Positions 21,801 to 28,894 of a stretch of 28,894 bases of DNA are shown piece by piece. A model generated the notes under the pieces. The model was not told the origin of the DNA. It made no database searches and was given only the letters and a program-made list of their open reading frames with translations. The translations under genes were made by a program, and so were the position numbers. The first letter of the stretch is position 1; the number at the start of each line of letters is the position of its first letter. The DNA comes from Bugula neritina (lineage: Eukaryota > Animalia > Bryozoa): positions 1 through 28,894 of the forward strand of contig CAXIUT010000033.1 of the NCBI GenBank assembly GCA_964035545.1. Direction: 5' to 3'.

Positions 21801-24800
21801 GTTATTGGTTGCTGATGCTCTGGCAATTTGTATAGCTAGCCCTGCAGTTTATATTGAAATAGCACTGCTATCAGTGTAACTACTTTTAATGACAGGTGTA
21901 ATCCACATCATTCGATTAGTAATATCGATAACACAATTTTAAACTTCAATGCTTGAGGTAAGATACTAGATACATTGTCTACTTTTGAGTTGAAGGTCAG
22001 TTGTTGATTCATTGGGAAATTGGATGGAAATATATTTGACGAGTGAGGTGGAGTTGGTTGGAGAACTGGTTGACATTCTGAAATAAAGTCTCCAATCATC
22101 TCTCATCTACATTTGTTCTACTGCATAGATTTTTGTAATAGTCCAAGTTGGACTTGAAGGTTCATTGGGAGTCAAAGTTGGGAACAAATCACTGTAATAT
22201 ACTCTCTCACATTAGTCATAAGAATTATAAATAGCATATGCCTTAATAGTAGCTTGAGCTGTTGTTAGTTGATAAGGAGGGTTATAGAATAATCCATTTA
22301 TTTTACCATTTAAAGTAGTTGAACCAGGAGTAAGCAAAGTCAAATCTACTGTACCAACTCTGAAAAGAACTGTTCTACAATTTTACATAAAAATAACATC
22401 ACCTGAACTGCCCAAACCTGGATTATACTTGAAGTTGTTATTGGAATTGGCTGCTTGTCTGAGATCGAATCCAAATTTCATAATATACCAGTCATCTTAT
22501 TTCATAATTTTGGTATTTCTGAGAGAGAAGCTCAAAGAAGTACTTCTTTCTTATCGAATAGCTGAAGAAGAGGCAAAATTTCCAAGATCACTGATAGGAG
22601 TAACAGTAATAGGAAGTAATCTAATACCTCCTTCCATCATCGACCAAACAAATTTACGAGCAGTTGGTTGATCATAAGCATAAATCTGAACTGGAATTGA
22701 TTGACCGATCAAAGTTGAAGGATTGAACACCCAGAAACCAAATTTGAGGGTGCTTGAAGTTGTAATACTTGAACTGAATGAAGAACAGACTATTTTAGTA
22801 GGTTGGCTAGAGCTGGCTTGACCTGGGTAGACTTTACATTTCATTGAGCTAATGGAGCTTTAATAGAGATCGAAGATTAAGTCATCGTTAGCTTTGTAGT
22901 CCATGCCAAGGTCTGCTGAAAAGAGATTTGTTCCATCGAGGGCGACAGTTGGTATTTCTAAGACAATTTGTTGTGTGGAGCTGATGGTGGTTGAAGGTGT
23001 GAGTTTGACCATGATGAAGTTATTTTAGTTGGGGATGGTGACTGTGCTATTGAATTCGAGGGTATTCCAGTTGGGACCATATACTTCAATGTATTGAGTT
23101 TGAGCTTTATTGTTGCTGCAAGAATCACAATAATTTATCTAAATTTATGTTTTATATGAACCGATGCTGGTAGGGAATGGAATACCTTCTGTTCCTGATC
23201 CATGTAAAGTAGTAATTGTCATCTAGAGAACTGTGTTTGCTGGTAAATTTTGATATGATAGAATTTGATAGCCATAGTAATCAGAATTGCCACTGTAGTA
23301 ATTTACTCCACAACCATACTTAAGTTTATTGCTTGGGTTGAAAATAGTGCAAACCAAGTTGGAAGGAGGTGCACCAAAACCTCCATTGTTGTTAGTTATA
23401 GAATTTCTATTAAGGTTGATATAAATTTATCCACTGGAGCCAGTTCCAAAGCTAGAACAGACGAATGTTGAACCAAAATTGACATAAAATTTAAGTTATC
23501 CGGTGTATCCGGTTCTTAAAGGAACAGTTTCTAGCATAGTGAGATCAGGATCAACTTTCCAGGTCAAATTTTGTACAGGCATAATAAAGCTAGTTGTCAA
23601 GTAGTCGATTGTTTTGGCATGGGTGAAGGTGTCAGATGAATGTTGATTTGAGTAGGTAGCTATGAATCCCATACCGAGAGTATTGACAGGAACAGTTGGA
23701 AAATCAATTACTCCAAATATTTTTACTTGACTACCAGCGGGTAACTCAGCAAAACCTGTTATAATCCAGGAGTAAGTATTTTGTACATTGCAGCCCACTT
23801 CACCTTGAACGTTAACTGCAGGTTTGCCAGTATCGTAGCCATATAGAGCAGATCCTAGAGTTACTGCTGATCGACAGTGTTGTTTTATTGCTGGAACTGT
23901 GCTTGAATTATTGGGAAACTTTATTTATATTGATCCTCCTTTAGGAACTTTGTGTTGAACTGTAAAACTAACAACCACTTAGACATCTTTCTGTCCTACA
24001 TTGAGTTTATTTTGTGAGCCAACCACTTAAAATTCATAACTAGAGATAATTCCTCTCAACTCAAGCCATCTGTAAGAAGCAGTGACAGTGTAGGTAATGG
24101 TTTATGTCCATCGACCTGAACGGAAAGTAAAGCACTGGAAAGTAGTATCAACTCTGGAGATAGAGAGAGGTAGTTGCGAAATGAAGGGTTGAAGAGCAAT
24201 CAAAGACCCATTTCCTATTTTGACAGCTAGCCAGTTAATAGTTGGGAAGATGATACAATATTTATAGAAGGGGTTTTGGCAGTTGTAGATGTTTCCACTG
24301 AGAGGGAACTGAGGATCTAAGTCAACAATCCACCAGTCATCTTCATTGAAAGATCCAGCGGAGTAGGGAGTAATATTGAAAAACTGATCGCTTTTGCCTA
24401 CTGAGGCACCTGCTTGGAAGAAGTTGGTTGTGCTATCGGGCTAATTTCTGTTGGTGATGCCTGCTGATACCATATCGATGAACATGTTGTACTTGGTATG
24501 ATAGAGAGGTGTTTCAACATTAGTAGTGACTGAAACAGTATCTACTTCAAGTAAAAAGTTGATATCAATTTGTTTTGAGGTAGGACTTTTTATTTTTGCA
24601 ATAATGACTCTGAATGTTGTATCAGCTGGAATAGGTTCAAAGTTAATGATCTATATCCAGACATAGTAGTTGTTAACATTTGATTTTCTCAACTTACAAA
24701 ACATCTATTTCCCTGAAGAAGCTTGTACGAATCCACTGGCTGTCTAAAAATGACAAGGAAGAACGTTTCCTTCAGTTAGAGTAGTAAAACCAAGATCAGA

Positions 24801-27800
24801 TTCGAAGATAGCTCCATTTCCATCATTTGTTGGAAACCCGATTCTTATTCTACCGGCATTAGCACCATCATTATAAGAGGGAATGGCATTGGCACCATTT
24901 TTGAACTAAACTGTGAAGATGTTATGCAAGCCGATATCTCGAATAGCCCATGAAACATTGAAATAACCTATATCATCAGGAAGGATGTCAACCATTTGTT
25001 GGACTTTTTATAAAATTTAGGTTGAACTTTGGTTCACTATTTCCAGTTGTATTTTGTATCGTCCTTGGGCGGTAGGATAGTATATTCCATTTTTGTTTTG
25101 ATATTCTGTTGTGATGTTCAGACTGTTGGTTCCTGCAGTAAAACTGCTGTTGGTGTCAGTGACACTCACTACGAAAGGATTTATTGAGTAGGAACAGGCG
25201 AATCTTATGTCATTGAGGAGACAACTAATAGGTAGACCAAGAGAATTGGTTGCTGGTTTGAATTATGAAGGGAAAGTTACGACTAATTTAGATCCATTGA
25301 TGACAGCTGAAGTATCATAGGGATCAAAGGTGATAAGCATGTGTCCGAAGTATCCTTTGGTGATTGCTCTTGTGGAAGTTGAGTAAGCTGGGACACTGAA
25401 GCTGGTGAGTACATCTAGGTTGGTGTTGGTGAGAGGAGTGGTAGCAAAAGGAACATTGAGGGCATGATCAACAATGGCTCCATTTCCATAATATGTTTTG
25501 ATGGTGACAGTAGGTGATACAGTTGATGCTGTATTGGTACTGGTCATTCTTAGATTAATTTTGAAGTTAGTGTTTGCTGGCACATCATCCAAATTATGGA
25601 TAGTAACTGTTGTTCCTCCAGCTACCATTTCACACAGAATTTGTCTGCCATCATAGGCACTAGCAGTAGTTACTAACTAACAATGATCAGAACTCAAACT
25701 AAAAATATTGTTGATTGTAATTATTATTTTAGCATTGCCTGATTGAGTAACTAAGTTGTTGGCTGTTGTCCATTCGATAGTGTAGAAGTAGTCGGCATTG
25801 GGATGTAGTTGAGTGATTGTCTCATTGGCATGGAAGTTATAGACTGTGTTTGTTAGTGTATCAGGGGTGATAGTGACATCGAAATAACCTTTTTTGGCTG
25901 TACTTCTGCTCTTGTAAACTCTAGTTTGGAACCTGAAGTCTCCACTATAGGCTGGAGTAGTTATAAAAGGGAAAGTCAAGGATGCTGATGTTCCAAGACC
26001 AGCTGAAGGGTATAGAAGGAAATATTGAATAGGAATATCAAATTTAGAGCAGGTGTGAGTACCGCATTAAACAGTTTAGCTTCTTCCGATGTTAGGGAAA
26101 GCAGTCTGGTCAACTTCAAAGACAAAATATTCTGGGTCAGTAGATGCAAGGTCATAGCTGTTGAGGGTGATGTTGGTAACTTTGTTGATGACTGAGTTGG
26201 TGAGTGTGATGCTTGGAGTTTCTAGATTATAGCTGTAACTTCCTCCACCAGTATTGGTATTTACATCGACAGTTTGAGTATAGATATAGACGATAGGAGA
26301 TGTGAATCCAGGAGTATCTTCAAGAATTGAAAACTTCAAATAAGCATAGTAGCCACTATTTCCACTTCTTTGCATTTTAGGTATTTAGAAAGTAATGCTG
26401 CTTCCTCCTTGAATAGTTTACAGTCCATAGAAGGTGACATAGTGGTAGCTGGTTGAAAGTTGTGAGGATTTGTATGGACCTGAAGTCCAAGTGATATAGT
26501 CGCATTTAACATATGGATCAGCTGAGATTCCTCCGAACATCAGACAAGGGTAATCAGGAATAACTTGGTTGGAAGTTCCAGTCCATCCATACCAACTATT
26601 TGGCGTAGAAAATTCTACTCTGAAGAAATGGATGTGTCCTGCATCATTGAGGACTTGATTAGGAGTTGTAACTGTGCATCTAACATGGTCGTATTCTCCG
26701 ACATTTCGGTTGATAGAAGTACATGAAAGAGTGCTGATAGGTATTGAGTCAGGTATCCACTAATCAAAGATGACTTCTAGGGGAGTAGGAGCAGGACTTT
26801 AGTTGCTATAGAATTGTATTTCAAAGAAGTATCTCTTGACAAGAGTATCTATAGTAATACCTTGGTTTTCAGGTTGCTGGAAACCTTCAGTAGTAATGGT
26901 CAGAGGCACCTCGCTCTGCTGGAAGTTGAAATCGATAGGAGTGTAGATAGTTACTACTGTTTTGGTGGGATCAGTTGAATTAAAACTACAATTTTTGGCT
27001 GGAATATCATAATAGAAATAACACTTAGGAACACCATTCAATGCAGTGATAGGTGCTGGAATATTAGGGAAGATATCGATGACGATTTAACCATAAGTGA
27101 GGACATTAGTTTTTGGCAAGTTATTTCTCAAGAAAAGGACGATTTAGATAGGACCTGTCTTGGCTACTGGTAATTTGATTGGACTTTGCATGGGATGCAT
27201 TTTCATCTCCTTGATGTAGCCAGTAGTTTTATTGATAGTGATGCTTCTTGTATATCGTTGCGCAAGTCCTCCATTTTGCCTGTAAGCACTAATAGTTAGA
27301 CTATAGGTGCTATCATCTAGAGGAGTTCTTAGAGGTTGGAAAAAGATGAGTTGTTTTGATTTCAGAATAGAAGAGAAGTCATATAGTTTGAGAGTAGTTG
27401 TATTAGCGGTAGTATTTTGTTTGACACTCCATTTGGCTTAATTTTGAGGGCTAGAAGAAACTCCTGTGATGATTCTGGTTGCATTGGTGAAGAGTGTCCA
27501 TTGTCCTGTGAACTAATAGGTGATATAATCTCCAGGTTTGAGATCTGTGTGAGCATTGATTTTGAATATATAGGTGACTGAGTTGTTTCTATACATGTTG
27601 GGTATGTTAACATCAGCAACTAAAGGTTTTTGTCTTACCACAGAAGTTGAAGTTGAAGTGATTACTTCTTGAACAATGATGTTGTTTGGCTATAGAATGT
27701 GTACTTCAATACCTGAAACAGTCGTCTGGTAGTTTGGATTCACTAATCCAGATAAAATAACTGTTATTTTTCCTGATAATTGTGTTTTCAAGTTGAGGCA

Positions 27801-28478
27801 ATCAAAAACATTTTGACTAGGAAATACTCTAGTTGCCATATTGGGATCAACTACTGAGGAAACATTACATTGAACTCTGTTAGAAGCGAATCCTTATGGG
27901 AAAATAAACCTCAAAGATGATTGTGCAGGGTAGGCTTTAGAAGGAGTGAAAGTAAATGTCCAACTTGCTCCCTGTTCTATGTAGTAGTTTCTGTAGTTGT
28001 AGAACTTTCCTCCTGAAGTGGGGACTGGAGCCTTTGTAAAAGGAGTTCTTCCAAATTCATTATTACTGGTAACTACAACATTCTGGAAAAGAGTTTCCAC
28101 GATGAAGTAGCTCGATACTGGGTGGTCGATTGGGTTGCGGATGTTGTCGATAACGATAGTCATGTTGCCGATGGGGATTCTATCGGTCCACATAGTGAAT
28201 TGATACCTGAAGACTTTCCAGGTCGCATTTCTGAGAGGTTAATCTCCAATGGCGTATCTGATTCTTGAGGCTTTTGCGAGGTGATTGGGTCTAAACTCGA
28301 AGGGGAAGGTGATGGCCACTTGTGCATTGGATGCGATGTTGGTGTCTGTGTGGAAGAGGAAGGAGTATGAAGTGACTTCATCTACAGTAGTTTAGACAGG
28401 CAAGATATAGTAGGGTTTGATTTTTTGCATCTGAGCTAGTCCCAGAAGCAAGATGATTAGGCAGAGGGATTTAATCAT
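6894..28478 (-). CDS. Giant (~7,190 aa, ~800 kDa) predicted secreted beta-rich repeat protein
   Basis: ATG 28478 begins MIKSLCLIILLLGLAQ (signal-peptide-like). With TAR=Glu, more than 20 minus-strand ORF-track fragments merge into one reading ending ...KTKKKRSHS-TGA (6894-6896). It is interrupted only by local frame breaks near 17342, 12505/12480 and 11901 (net zero). S/T/N/Y-rich, with recurring I.FP, C..C and (I/V).NP motifs. Confidence 0.88.
28431..28478 (-). other. Predicted N-terminal signal peptide of the giant protein
   Basis: M-I-K, then the hydrophobic core SLCLIILLLGL, then small residues (G-L-A-Q). Cleavage site not computed. Confidence 0.75.
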
Positions 28479-28789
28479 CTAATTGATCAATAAATAATTA
28501 TAGAGATTTAATGATTAATCTCTATTTGTACTCTGCAATAAAAAACTAATTTAATTTTTATTTATTATTTAGGAGAAGGTATTTGTGATTGGATGTTTAA
28601 GTTGTTCAATTTGAATCATTTTAGTCAAATATTGTTTTCAGAAAGATTAACTTTTTTAATTGAAGAAAATGGGTCTGAAAATATTCCTAAGACAAATGTT
28701 GATAGTGTATTTAGTATAATATTGATTTTTTAATAAGTTGTTTGAATTAAACGGTAGATTATGATATCATATTTTACTATAAAACTTTA

Positions 28790-28894
28790 GGGGTTGGGGT
28801 TGGGGTTGGGGTTGGGGTTGGGGTTGGGGTTGGGGTTGGGGTTGGGGTTGGGGTTGGGGTTGGGTTGGGGTTGGGGTTGGGGTTGGGGTTGGAG
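28790..28894 (+). repeat. Right telomere, (GGGGTT)n
   Basis: G4T2 array to the end of the window, with one G3T2 unit near 28862 and a terminal GGAG (probable read errors). Confidence 0.98.

Noticed and set aside
8825-28381. Many short overlapping plus-strand and off-frame minus-strand ORFs in the track
   Set aside because: Shadow ORFs of the giant gene produced under the wrong genetic code; none has a recognisable motif.
1-28894. CRISPR arrays, transposons, rRNA/tRNA genes, prokaryotic operons
   Set aside because: None seen. The only tandem repeats are telomeric or a short microsatellite, and nearly all the sequence is explained by eukaryotic protein-coding genes.

Overview
Ciliate macronuclear DNA, not prokaryotic. 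The window has Tetrahymena-type telomeres ((C4A2)n at 1-87, (G4T2)n at 28790-28894) and a third G4T2 tract at 5952-6020. The supplied ORF track is fragmented because TAA and TAG both encode Glu and TGA is the only stop (NCBI table 30, peritrich-type code). Bases 1-6020 form a complete ~6 kb telomere-to-telomere minichromosome with five genes: an AT-hook protein, a hypothetical protein, a FAM135/DUF676 hydrolase, RPL10 and a Rab GTPase. It is joined to a second molecule that starts in the middle of a PEX11 gene. That molecule carries one apparently intronless 21.6 kb gene (28478->6894, minus strand) for a ~7,190-aa predicted secreted protein. This protein has nine degenerate ~630-aa super-repeats, a 12-Cys insert at the array midpoint, C-terminal FN3-like/SEA-like modules and no membrane anchor. 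All four introns needed to restore reading frames are exactly 20 nt. A few single-base frame breaks in the giant gene look like sequencing indels. All translations were done by hand and no database searches were run.
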